Assembly (NCBI GenBank): GCA_963666735.1
Contig: OY762926.1
Coordinates: forward strand, 2,144,001 to 2,208,000
DNA: 64,000 nucleotides
DNA from: Gemmatimonadota bacterium
GTDB taxonomy: Bacteria; Gemmatimonadota; Gemmatimonadetes; Palauibacterales; Palauibacteraceae
Direction of reading: 5' to 3'
Made by a program: the position numbers and the translations under genes. This document shows, piece after piece, positions 46,096-55,314 of this stretch (the first letter of the stretch is position 1; each line of letters starts with the position of its first letter). Under the pieces are notes generated by a model. It had not been told where the DNA came from. It made no database searches and saw only the letters and a program-made list of their open reading frames with translations.

Positions 46096-46737
46096 TCAAC
46101 GCCTCCAACGCCTATACCCCGCGGGGATGGCTTTCACGAGGTACATCGCGAACACCACGGCCACGCAGGCGATCAGCACCCAGTTCGGGATCGGAACCGT
46201 AGCTCCGAGGAGAGCGAGAAGGTAATAGCGGGGAAAACGGGCGACCACCAGCGCCGCGACCCACTTCCACATGGGGTACCGAATCGAGAACGCCAGGAAC
46301 TTGAAGGGGAAGAAGGGGATGGGCGCGAAGCCGGTCGCCACGATGGTGGCGAAGGGCCACTTCATGAACCAGGAGATCGCTGTCCGGTAGAACTTCCTGC
46401 GCTTGTATGCCCGGATGTTCCGCAGGTTCAGGAGGGGGACGAAGACGAGATGGTCCATGACCCCCGCAATCGCCGTACCGAGCGTGGCCCACGCCGCGGC
46501 GAGCCACAGGTCCGCGACCTTCCCGAAGTAGATGAGGACCGGCTCGTGCGGGAAGACGGAGATCGCCGTGTTGGCCGGGATGGAGTAGAAGGCGAGATAC
46601 AGGTAGCTGTCGGATTCGAAGTCGCGCAGGAGGAGGATCGACGTCACGATGCCGGTGGCGATCATCAGCCCGCCGCAGATCCAGACCGCGGGACCGACGC
46701 GCGTGTCGACTTGATCCTGTCGCAAACCGCTCTCCAC
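46096..46737 (-). CDS. VTT/DedA (SNARE-associated) membrane protein
   Basis: FPHEP, ATLGTAIA, FAPIPF, ARFPRYY. Confidence 0.75.
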   Translation of the reverse strand: MESGLRQDQVDTRVGPAVWICGGLMIATGIVTSILLLRDFESDSYLYLAFYSIPANTAISVFPHEPVLIYFGKVADLWLAAAWATLGTAIAGVMDHLVFVPLLNLRNIRAYKRRKFYRTAISWFMKWPFATIVATGFAPIPFFPFKFLAFSIRYPMWKWVAALVVARFPRYYLLALLGATVPIPNWVLIACVAVVFAMYLVKAIPAGYRRWRR

Positions 46738-46893
46738 CGTAGCTTTGTGTCCCGCGGCACGGCCGGGTCCCGCTCAAGCTACCGTCGTATCCTTCCCGGG
46801 ACACGACACTCGGGTCAGGCGACAAGCGCGGTGCTCCGGAGAGGACGCGCGAAGAGGAGGATCCGAATCGGCAATCAGCGTAACGACACCCGA

Positions 46894-47133
46894 ATGGACT
46901 GCCCGGATTGCGGCGGTGCCGTGGGGCTGTCCGACCAGACCTGCCAGAAGTGCGGCGAGCCGCTGTCGTTCGCCCCGCACGAGGCAGGCGTGCACTGCGC
47001 GGTCTGCGGCGACGCGATCGGCGCCTACACCGAGGCCTGCCCCGGCTGCGGCGAGACGGGATATCCCGCGCTCCGTCCGCGCCGCGGCCGCAAATGGAAG
47101 GGCTCGCGCCCGGAGGATCCGACCCGGAAGTGA
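46894..47133 (+). CDS. double zinc-ribbon protein
   Basis: Four CxxC pairs: CPDC, CQKC, CAVC, CPGC. Confidence 0.75.
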   Translation: MDCPDCGGAVGLSDQTCQKCGEPLSFAPHEAGVHCAVCGDAIGAYTEACPGCGETGYPALRPRRGRKWKGSRPEDPTRK

Positions 47134-47927
47134 GCGACGGCCGCGCACGGCTCGACCGGACCTGCATCGTCCTCCACGAGCCGCAGGATGTCGTCAACAT
47201 CGCGCTCGTGATTCGCGCGATGAAGAACATGGGCTTTTCGCGTCTCCGGCTCGTGAACCCCGCGGAGTTCGATGCCCGGCGCATCGACGGGATCGCGCAC
47301 GACACCGAGGACGTCGTGGAACGCATCCGCATCTTCGACGACCTCCCCTCCGCCCTCGCGGACGTGAGTTATGTGCTCGGGGCGACGGCGCGACGGCGTT
47401 CCACGCGGCAGGACTGGTGGAGCCCCGAAGAAGCGGCCGCGAGCCTCGGCGGCCGCGAGGGGGGACTGGCCGTCGTCTTCGGCCGCGAGGACCGCGGCCT
47501 CTCCAACGAGGCGCTCGACCTCTGCCACGGACTCGTGTGCATCCCCACGAACCCCGGCCACACGTCCATGAACCTCGCTCACGCGGCGGTCATCATCCTG
47601 TACGAACTGCGGAAGGCGGCGCTGGGCCCCGCCGACTGGGAGGCGCGCGACCTCGGCGGAAAGCGGCGCCGGCGGACTCCGCCCGCCTCGCACGCGGAAC
47701 TCGAGGAGTTCTTCGGCCTCTGGGAGCGGGCCATGGAGGAGATCGGCCTCTTCCAGGGGATCGATCCGGTCCCGAAGATGCGGAGTTTCCGCAACATGTT
47801 TCAGCGTGCGGACCTCGACCGGCGGGAACTGGGCCTGATCCTCGCGACGGCCTACGAGACGCTGAATTTCGCCCGGAGAGAGAAGAAGCGCGCCCGCGAT
47901 CGCGCGAAGGCCGAGGCGGCCGACTAG
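47130..47927 (+). CDS. trmJ: SPOUT tRNA methyltransferase (TrmJ/LasT type)
   Basis: NIALVIRAMKNMG, GATARR, VFGREDRGLSNE, SMNLAHA. Confidence 0.85.
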   Translation: MSDGRARLDRTCIVLHEPQDVVNIALVIRAMKNMGFSRLRLVNPAEFDARRIDGIAHDTEDVVERIRIFDDLPSALADVSYVLGATARRRSTRQDWWSPEEAAASLGGREGGLAVVFGREDRGLSNEALDLCHGLVCIPTNPGHTSMNLAHAAVIILYELRKAALGPADWEARDLGGKRRRRTPPASHAELEEFFGLWERAMEEIGLFQGIDPVPKMRSFRNMFQRADLDRRELGLILATAYETLNFARREKKRARDRAKAEAAD

Positions 47928-49333
47928 ATCCGCTGCCGCAGCTTCGAGACGAGTTCCTCGTTCGAGTCGGTCTGGCGCATGAGGCCGAGGACTTCCTGCA
48001 TCGCTTCGACAGGCGGATAGGTGCTGAGTTCGCGCCGCATCGCCTGTGCGACGAGGAGTTCGTCGTCGCTCATCAGGCGCTCCTCGCGTCGCGTCGCGCT
48101 GGAGTTGAGATCGATCGCCGGAAAGATCCGGCGGTCCGACAGATCCCGGTCGAGGACGAGTTCGCTGTTTCCCGTCCCCTTGAACTCCTCGAAGATCACC
48201 TGGTCCATGCGGGAGCCGGTGTCGACGAGCGCCGTCGCGATGATCGTCAGCGATCCGCCGCCCTTGCTCTCCGGGACGCAGCGCGCGCTGCCGAAGAAGC
48301 GCTTCGGCTTCTCGAGGGAGTTCGCGTCGATGCCGCCCGTGAGGGTGCGCCCGCTGCCCTCCTCCGTCGTGTTGTACGCACGCGCCAGCCGCGTGATGGA
48401 ATCGAGGATAAGGACGACATCCTGCTCCATCTCCGCGAGGCGCCGCGCGCGCTCGAGTGTCATCTCGGCGACCTGCACGTGACGTTCGGCCCGGTGGTCG
48501 AAGCTCGAGGCGGTGACCTCGCCGAGTCCCGTCGCCTCCATCTCCGTCACTTCCTCGGGACGTTCGTCGACGAGGAGGATGAGGATCGTGGAATCGGGGT
48601 GGTTCTTCGAGATGCCCTCGGCGATCGCCTGCAGAACCATCGTCTTCCCGGCCTTGGAGGGCGCGACGATGAGAGATCGCTGACCCATCCCCATGGGACA
48701 GATGAGATCGATGATCCGGTTGGTGTGGTCAGGCTGTCCGCGGCGCTCGAGCCCGCACTCCAGCCGCAAGCGCCGATCGGGATGCATTGCGCTCAGGCGG
48801 TCGAACTGCCGGCGCCGTCCGAGTTGGTCCGGAGGGTGGCCGTTGACGGTGTGGAGATACCGGAGCGGAGGACTCTTGCCGGGGCGAGGGGGTCGGCCGG
48901 CCTGGCCGCAGATCTCGTCTCCCGTGCGCAGATCGTAGCGGGAGACGATCTTCGGGCTCACGTAGATGTCGCCATCGCTCGGCGTGTACCCAGCGTGCTG
49001 GCGGCGGATGAACCCCGTGCCGTTGCCGAGCCGCTCGATGAGTCCCAGGTAGCCGTCCTTCGGGCCTTCCGGAACTTCGGCGGCCGTATCCTGCTGGTCG
49101 GGCTGCTGTTGCCGGGGTCCCTGTCCTCCCCGGTTGCGGCGCCCGCGCGAACGACGACGCCGGTTCCGGCCCTTTCCGCCGCGGCCACCCGAACCCTTGG
49201 CCTGGCCCTTGGCTTGGCCCCCGGGCTGTCCCCTGCGCTGCCCCTTGCCTCCGGGCTGGCTTCCGCCCCCGCGCGGGGAGCCGCCACGGGGCTGTGATGT
49301 GTTGTTCGTCAATGCACCAACTCTTTGTTGCAT
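47924..49333 (-). CDS. rho: transcription termination factor Rho with low-complexity N-terminus
   Basis: DIYVSP, GQRSLIVAPSKAGKT, DERPEEVT, DSITRLARAYN, EEFKGTGN. Start uncertain (49333 or 49312). Confidence 0.95.
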   Translation of the reverse strand: MQQRVGALTNNTSQPRGGSPRGGGSQPGGKGQRRGQPGGQAKGQAKGSGGRGGKGRNRRRRSRGRRNRGGQGPRQQQPDQQDTAAEVPEGPKDGYLGLIERLGNGTGFIRRQHAGYTPSDGDIYVSPKIVSRYDLRTGDEICGQAGRPPRPGKSPPLRYLHTVNGHPPDQLGRRRQFDRLSAMHPDRRLRLECGLERRGQPDHTNRIIDLICPMGMGQRSLIVAPSKAGKTMVLQAIAEGISKNHPDSTILILLVDERPEEVTEMEATGLGEVTASSFDHRAERHVQVAEMTLERARRLAEMEQDVVLILDSITRLARAYNTTEEGSGRTLTGGIDANSLEKPKRFFGSARCVPESKGGGSLTIIATALVDTGSRMDQVIFEEFKGTGNSELVLDRDLSDRRIFPAIDLNSSATRREERLMSDDELLVAQAMRRELSTYPPVEAMQEVLGLMRQTDSNEELVSKLRQRI

Positions 49334-49706
49334 GCCGCGAAGCCGGACCGGATTCGCGACTTCGAGACTCCCCGGGGCCGAATCGACCGCGTCGGGAGAC
49401 GGGGGGTTGTCGGCCGGAGAACGGATATCGCGCCCGCGGAACATCCGGCTGGCGCAAAGGTCGTGGCGACCATCGAACGGGGATCCCCCAAAATCGCCTG
49501 AATGCGCTAGTATGGGGCGCATCCCGGGCTCGCGCCAGTTTCCGGGAGCTTTCCGGCGTGCGCTACCGTAGCCGGGAGACCGAGATCCTGTATATTCCCG
49601 GCGCTCCGCCCGGCAGGAACGCGGCAGGAACCAGACGGGTCGGGGGAGCGCCTCCGACGCACATCCAACGAATCTCATTACGGAAGAATTCTGGAGTGGA
49701 AATAGA

Positions 49707-50327
49707 ATGATGAAGCGATCGACACGATTGACCCCGGGCATGACCCTGAGCATGACGCTGGGCACGTTCGTCCTCTTCGGATGCGGTGGCGGCGAGAGCG
49801 ACCAGCCGGCGCCGGCCCCCGCTCCGGCTCCCGCCGCGACTCCCGCCGCGGAGGCAGCCGCGGCGGCTTCGGGCCCGATGGCGGCGGACTGGATCTCGGT
49901 GGACGACGGCGCACGCACCGTGACGATCGATCTCGTCGCGGGCTCGACGGACGCGAACAACCGCTGGAACTTCAACGGCTACGCAAACGGCGAAGCCACG
50001 GTCGTCGTGCCCGCGGGATACACCGTCACGGTCAACTTCGAGAACCGGGACCCCGTCAACTATCACAGCGTCGGTGTCCTCGAGCGGGCGGCGAGCTACC
50101 CCGCGATCTTCGATAACGCCACGCCCGTATTCGATGGCGCGATCACCTCGAACGCAACTTCGATGACGGAGGCCACGGCCCCCGGCGGCGGCACCGAGAG
50201 CATCACCTTCACGGCCTCCGCGGCCGGCGAGTACGCGCTGGTGTGTCCCGTTCCGGCTCATGCGGTCACGGGGATGTGGATCGGGTTCGACGTCTCCGAG
50301 TCGGGCGAGTCCGGGCTGCGGAGCTAG
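49707..50327 (+). CDS. sulfocyanin-like blue copper lipoprotein
   Basis: Lipobox LFGC, Pro/Ala linker, FNGY..G...VVVPAG, type-1 Cu ligands H(YHS)...C-PVPA-H-AVTG-M. Confidence 0.85.
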   Translation: MMKRSTRLTPGMTLSMTLGTFVLFGCGGGESDQPAPAPAPAPAATPAAEAAAAASGPMAADWISVDDGARTVTIDLVAGSTDANNRWNFNGYANGEATVVVPAGYTVTVNFENRDPVNYHSVGVLERAASYPAIFDNATPVFDGAITSNATSMTEATAPGGGTESITFTASAAGEYALVCPVPAHAVTGMWIGFDVSESGESGLRS

Positions 50328-50349
50328 CTCGGCGGAGGTCGGCCCGGAT

Positions 50350-51276
50350 ATGGAGACCATGCGGAAGGTGCTGCTGTGGGCTTCCACGAACCGGTGGCTC
50401 TCGCAGCGCCTTCCCGAGCGTCGCTTCGTGCGGCGCGCGGTTCGCAAGTTCATGCCGGGCGAGATGCTGGAGGACGCACTCTCCGAGGCCGCCCGTCTTG
50501 GGAAGGAAGGCATTCCCACCCTCGTCACCACGCTGGGCGAGAACGTCGAGACGGCGGAGGAGACCCGCGATTCCGTCGCCGAGTACGGGCGGGCGATGGA
50601 TCTGGCGGAGGAGATGGGGCTCGATGTGGAGGTGTCGATCAAGCCCACCCACCTCGGACTCGACCAGGACCCGGCCCTCGCGGTGGAGAACGTGGGCGAA
50701 CTCGCGGCGCGCGCCGAGGGCCGCGGCACGCTCTGGATCGACATGGAGGGGTCGTACTACACGGAAGCGACGCTCTCTCTCTACCGCGCGGTTCGGCGCC
50801 GGCACGTGAACGTCGGGCTCTGTATCCAGTCCTACCTCAGACGGACCGCGGACGACCTCGAGTCCCTCATGGAATTCGGCCCCCGCATCCGGCTTGTGAA
50901 GGGGGCGTACGCCGAAGCCGCCGAGATCGCCTTTCCGGACAAGCGGGACGTGGACGAGAGCTTTCTCGCCCTCTCCCGGCGCCTCATCGACCACCTCGGC
51001 GACGGAGGGGATGGATTTCTGGGGCTCGGAACGCACGATCCGGCGATGATCGGGCCGCTCTCCGCATACGCGGGGGCGGCGGGCCTCGACGGCAGCCGGT
51101 TCGAGATCGAAATGCTGTACGGTATCGGACGGCGCGAGCAGCGGAGGCTCGTGAGCAACGGCACGCCGCTGCGGGTGCTGATCAGCTACGGGGCCGCGTG
51201 GTTCCCCTGGTACATGCGTCGCCTGGCCGAACGGCCCGCAAACGTTTGGTTCGTCGCCCGCAGCATGTTCCGCTAG
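50350..51276 (+). CDS. monofunctional proline dehydrogenase
   Basis: SIKPTHLG, IDME, QSYL, RLVKGAY, GTHD, EMLYG, YMRRLAERPAN. Confidence 0.93.
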   Translation: METMRKVLLWASTNRWLSQRLPERRFVRRAVRKFMPGEMLEDALSEAARLGKEGIPTLVTTLGENVETAEETRDSVAEYGRAMDLAEEMGLDVEVSIKPTHLGLDQDPALAVENVGELAARAEGRGTLWIDMEGSYYTEATLSLYRAVRRRHVNVGLCIQSYLRRTADDLESLMEFGPRIRLVKGAYAEAAEIAFPDKRDVDESFLALSRRLIDHLGDGGDGFLGLGTHDPAMIGPLSAYAGAAGLDGSRFEIEMLYGIGRREQRRLVSNGTPLRVLISYGAAWFPWYMRRLAERPANVWFVARSMFR

Positions 51277-51286
51277 GAGGAAGTCC

Positions 51287-52165
51287 ATGGACGGGAAGCC
51301 CGGGGCCGCTGCGCTCTTCGCACCGGATGTCCTCGCGGGACGCACCGCGTTGATCACCGGCGGCGGGAGCGGCATCGGGTACGGAATCGCGGAGTGCCTG
51401 GCGGCGGCCGGCGCCTCCGTGGGCGTGTTCAGCCGCAACGAGGAGCGGATCGCGCAGGCGGCGGAGCGTCTCGCCTCGACGCACGGGGTGCGGACGCTCC
51501 CGACCGTCGGGGACGTGCGCGAGCCGGCGGCGCTCGAACGCGCGGTGCGCGAGACGCGGGACGCGCTTGGATCCGTCGACATCCTCGTGAACAACGCGGC
51601 GGGAAATTTCTACGCGCCGACGGCCGAACTGTCGCCGAACGGGTGGCGCGCGGTGGTGGAGATCGACCTGTTCGGCACCTTCCACGCCTGTCGCGCGGTC
51701 TACCCCGTCATGGCCGGGCAGGGGTACGGGCGCATCGTGTCGATCTCGATGACGCTGCATTACCGGGGCTGGCCCCTCATGGCCCACGCGACGGCGGCCA
51801 AGGCGGGGGTGGACGCCCTCACGCGTACGCTCGCCATCGAGTGGGCGCGGGACGGAATCAACGTGAACGCCGTAGCGCCGGGTCCGATCCCGACGGAGGG
51901 CGTGAAGAAGGCGTTCGAGGCTCCTCCTAGCGAGGACGTCGACATGTTCGGCGCGCGCTCCGGCGCCGGGTTCGCCGAGCGCTTCATTCCCGCCGGGCGG
52001 CTGGGCCGCCCGCACGACATCGGGCAGATGATCGCCTTCCTGTGCTCGCCGGGCGGAGACTGGATCACGGGCGCGGTGATCGTCGTCGATGGCGGGGAGT
52101 CGCTTGTGAGCCCGCGCACCGTTCCCGCCGGACGCTCAGAGGGCTTAGAGGGCTCAGAGGGCTGA
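51287..52165 (+). CDS. SDR oxidoreductase, 2,4-dienoyl-CoA reductase-like
   Basis: TGGGSGIG, NNAAGNF, LSPNGW, HATAAKAG, APGPI. Confidence 0.85.
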   Translation: MDGKPGAAALFAPDVLAGRTALITGGGSGIGYGIAECLAAAGASVGVFSRNEERIAQAAERLASTHGVRTLPTVGDVREPAALERAVRETRDALGSVDILVNNAAGNFYAPTAELSPNGWRAVVEIDLFGTFHACRAVYPVMAGQGYGRIVSISMTLHYRGWPLMAHATAAKAGVDALTRTLAIEWARDGINVNAVAPGPIPTEGVKKAFEAPPSEDVDMFGARSGAGFAERFIPAGRLGRPHDIGQMIAFLCSPGGDWITGAVIVVDGGESLVSPRTVPAGRSEGLEGSEG

Positions 52166-52175
52166 GGCGCCGGCC

Positions 52176-53582
52176 TTAGCACTCCGTGGCCACCGCGAGT
52201 GCGCTGGCCGACACCTCGGCCGACACTGCCGGCACTTCGGCCGTCAACCGCCCGCCGCGTCCCCGCAGGCGCGCGGAGAAGCGATCGCCGGGGGTCGCGC
52301 GGCCGAGAAGATCGACCCGCAGGTAGTCGCCCGTCATGCCGGCGACACGGTCGTCCCGGCCTTCCACGACGATGTCGGCCATGGTGCCTGCGCGCGTTTC
52401 CGCATAGGCCTGGCCCTTGCGGAGGCCGATTTCCCGCAGCGTCCGGGAGCGGGCTGCCGCCACGTCCCCGGGCGCCCGGTCCGGGAGGCTCGCCGCCACG
52501 GTTCCGTCCCGGACCGAGTAGGGGAAGACGTGCAGGTAGGTGTACGGCAACTCGTCCACGAGCGCCCGCGTCTCCTCGAATTCCGCCTCCCCCTCTCCCG
52601 GGAACCCGACGATGATGTCCGCGCCGAGGCCGAAGGCCCCGGTACCGATGGCGCCCAGGCGCTCGGCGATCTCGATCACCCTTGTGCGATACGCCTCCCG
52701 CGTGTGCCAGCGGCGCATGAGGCGCAGCACCCGGTCGGACCCGCTCTGCAGCGGGATGTGCAGGTGGGGCGCCAGGCGTCCGTCCGCTGCCGCGAGCAGA
52801 TCCGCGAGACGGTCGTCGATTTCCGTCGCCTCGATGGAGGAGAGGCGGAAGCGAGCGGGGACTTCCTCGAGCAGCCGTTCGCATAGCGTCGCGAGACCCG
52901 TGGGAGCGCGGCGGCCATCGCGGGGGTCGCGGAGACCATTGCGCCGGGAGTCGGTACCGAGGTCCTTCCCGTAGTGGCCGATGTGGATCCCGGTGATGAC
53001 GAGTTCCGGGTGCGTGCGCGCGAGGATCGCGGCTTCCGCCACGACCTCGTCGACCGGGCGCGAGACCGAAGCGCCGCGTGCAATCCGCGTCGCGCAAAAC
53101 GAGCATTTCCGGTCGCACCCGTCCTGGATCTTGAGCCAGGCCCGGGTGCCGCGCGCATTCCGCCGCAGCGGGGCGAACGAAGCGTCCGAAGCGCCGGCGG
53201 TGACGGGATCGGCCGGGGCGGCGTCTCCCAATTGCGGTACGAGTCGCGCGACTGCGGACGGGTCGTGTCCGGGCACGACGCCATCCGCTTCTTCCAGCGC
53301 GTGATACTCGGCTTCACGAAAGGAGGTTGAACAGCCGGCGACGACGATGCGGAGATCCGGACGTTGGCGGCGCAGCCGGCGCACGAGTCGCCGCGCGTTC
53401 GCGTCCGCCTGGTTCGTCACCGTGCACGTGTTGATCACGGCTACGTCCGCGGCATCCGCGTGGAGCGCCGTCTCCGCGCCGCGGAGTTCCAGTTCCTGGC
53501 GGATCCGCTCGGTGTCGTATTGGTTCGCCTTGCACCCGAAGGTGTGGAACCAGACGGAAGGCCTGTCGTTCACATCGCTCAC
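52176..53582 (-). CDS. mtaB: tRNA t6A37 methylthiotransferase (MtaB-like)
   Basis: TFGCKANQY, INTCTVT, KIQDGCDRKCSFC, HLHIPLQSGS, HVFPYS. Confidence 0.9.
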   Translation of the reverse strand: MSDVNDRPSVWFHTFGCKANQYDTERIRQELELRGAETALHADAADVAVINTCTVTNQADANARRLVRRLRRQRPDLRIVVAGCSTSFREAEYHALEEADGVVPGHDPSAVARLVPQLGDAAPADPVTAGASDASFAPLRRNARGTRAWLKIQDGCDRKCSFCATRIARGASVSRPVDEVVAEAAILARTHPELVITGIHIGHYGKDLGTDSRRNGLRDPRDGRRAPTGLATLCERLLEEVPARFRLSSIEATEIDDRLADLLAAADGRLAPHLHIPLQSGSDRVLRLMRRWHTREAYRTRVIEIAERLGAIGTGAFGLGADIIVGFPGEGEAEFEETRALVDELPYTYLHVFPYSVRDGTVAASLPDRAPGDVAAARSRTLREIGLRKGQAYAETRAGTMADIVVEGRDDRVAGMTGDYLRVDLLGRATPGDRFSARLRGRGGRLTAEVPAVSAEVSASALAVATEC

Positions 53583-53794
53583 GTCGCTGAGCCGTGTCGC
53601 TCACGGAGGGGTTCGCACGTTCTCTCATGTAAGATCGGTGCAGCGCGCATGAGGCGCTACGTGTCGGGTGGACTGCACTCCGCTCCGATGTATCTTTCCC
53701 AGAGTTACTAATCCGGCCGAAGCAGGTGCGGATCGCGCGCGGGCTCGGCGCAGTCGCCCGGCGATCCGGCACACCGGCCATGGAGGAATGCAAG

Positions 53795-54211
53795 ATGTGG
53801 TGCATGAAACAGAAGCGGTACGCAATCGTCGCCATTCTGGCGATCGGGTTTTCACTCGCGGCCTGCGGTGAAAGCGACCCTGTAGTTCCCGAACCCATGT
53901 TCGACAGCCCCTCCACGGTGCGCGTGGTCAACCGGCTGCTCGGCCCCGTGATTCGTTTCTTTGCGCGTCCGTGCGGGACATCCGACTGGGGCTCGGATCT
54001 CTTCGGCACCGACCACCCCGTCGAGGGGACGATCCAGCCCGGCGGCCAGCGGGACTTTACGGTCGAGGCGGGATGCTACGACTTCAGGGTGGACCATCTG
54101 GCGACGACTGATCCCGGACCGATAATCATGAAGATGCTGTTCAACCAGGCGGCGTCGCCGGTCACCCCCGTGGTCTGGACGCTCCAGGACGATCCCGTAG
54201 ATCCAACCTGA
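53795..54211 (+). CDS. hypothetical lipoprotein
   Basis: Lipobox LAAC; GGAGG RBS; PC...WG.D, GCYDF. Confidence 0.75.
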   Translation: MWCMKQKRYAIVAILAIGFSLAACGESDPVVPEPMFDSPSTVRVVNRLLGPVIRFFARPCGTSDWGSDLFGTDHPVEGTIQPGGQRDFTVEAGCYDFRVDHLATTDPGPIIMKMLFNQAASPVTPVVWTLQDDPVDPT

Positions 54212-54245
54212 TCCATCGTCCCCCGGACGAGGGCGGAGGAGAGAC

Positions 54246-55280
54246 ATGACGCAGCAGCTCGTTGAGGTGGCGGAGGCCATGGGGGCCAAGGGCAAGGGGA
54301 TCCTCGCGGCCGACGAAAGCTCCGGTACGATCCGGAAGAGGTTCGACGGCATCGGCGCCGAATCGACGGAGGAGAACCGGCGCGACTACCGGGAGCTGCT
54401 CTTCCGGACGAGCGACGCGCTGAGCGAGTGCATCTCGGGCGTCATCCTCTTCGACGAGACGCTGCGGCAGTCGGCGGCGGACGGCACGCCGCTCGTCCAG
54501 CTCCTCTCCGATGCGGGCTCGATCCCGGGGATCAAGATCGACAAGGGGGCGCATGCCCTCGCCGGAGCGCCGGGCGAGAAGGTGACCGAAGGGCTCGACG
54601 GGCTGCGTGAGCGGCTGGCGGAGCACTACGAACTCGGCGCCCGCTTCACGAAGTGGCGCGCCGTCATCGACATCGGACGCGGAGGAGACCGCTCCATCCC
54701 GAGTGCCTATTGCATCGGCGCGAACGCCCATGCGCTCGCCCGGATGGCGGCGCTCAGCCAGGAGCAGGGACTTGTGCCGATCGTGGAGCCGGAAGTGCTG
54801 ATGGACGGCGACCACGATATCGACCGCTGCTTCGAAGTCACGGAGGCCACGCTCAAGCAGGTCTACATGGCCCTCTTCCACCAGCGGGTGCTGCTGGAGG
54901 GCTCGGTGCTCAAGCCGAACATGGTCCTCTCGGGCAAGCTGTGCGCGGATCGGGCGGGGGTCGATGAGGTCGCCGAGAAGACGGTGCGCTGTCTGAAGCG
55001 AGCGGTGCCCGCGGCGGTGCCGAGCGTCGTCTTCCTGTCGGGGGGGCAGTCGGATCTCGAGGCCACAGCACACCTGAACGGGATGAATGCGGGCCACGAT
55101 ACGCCCTGGAATCTGAGCTTCTCCTACGGCCGGGCGTTGCAGGCCGCGCCCCTGCGGGCGTGGGGCGGAGCCCCCGAGAACGGGCCGGCGGCGCAGGCGG
55201 CGTTTGCACACCGCGCGCGCATGAACGGTCTCGCGACGCGCGGCGCGTGGTCGATGGAGTTGGAGCGGGCCGCGGCCTGA
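54246..55280 (+). CDS. fba: class I fructose-bisphosphate aldolase
   Basis: GKGILAADES, TEGLDGL, KWR, VPIVEPEV, LKPNMV, FLSGGQ, FSYGRALQ. Confidence 0.96.
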   Translation: MTQQLVEVAEAMGAKGKGILAADESSGTIRKRFDGIGAESTEENRRDYRELLFRTSDALSECISGVILFDETLRQSAADGTPLVQLLSDAGSIPGIKIDKGAHALAGAPGEKVTEGLDGLRERLAEHYELGARFTKWRAVIDIGRGGDRSIPSAYCIGANAHALARMAALSQEQGLVPIVEPEVLMDGDHDIDRCFEVTEATLKQVYMALFHQRVLLEGSVLKPNMVLSGKLCADRAGVDEVAEKTVRCLKRAVPAAVPSVVFLSGGQSDLEATAHLNGMNAGHDTPWNLSFSYGRALQAAPLRAWGGAPENGPAAQAAFAHRARMNGLATRGAWSMELERAAA

Positions 55281-55314
55281 GGAGCAGCGCGGGCGCCCCG
55301 GCGCGAGGCCCGGA

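Noticed and set aside
54246..55280. Eukaryote-type class I aldolase as horizontal transfer from a host
   Set aside because: This family is widespread in bacteria and the codon style matches neighbouring genes.
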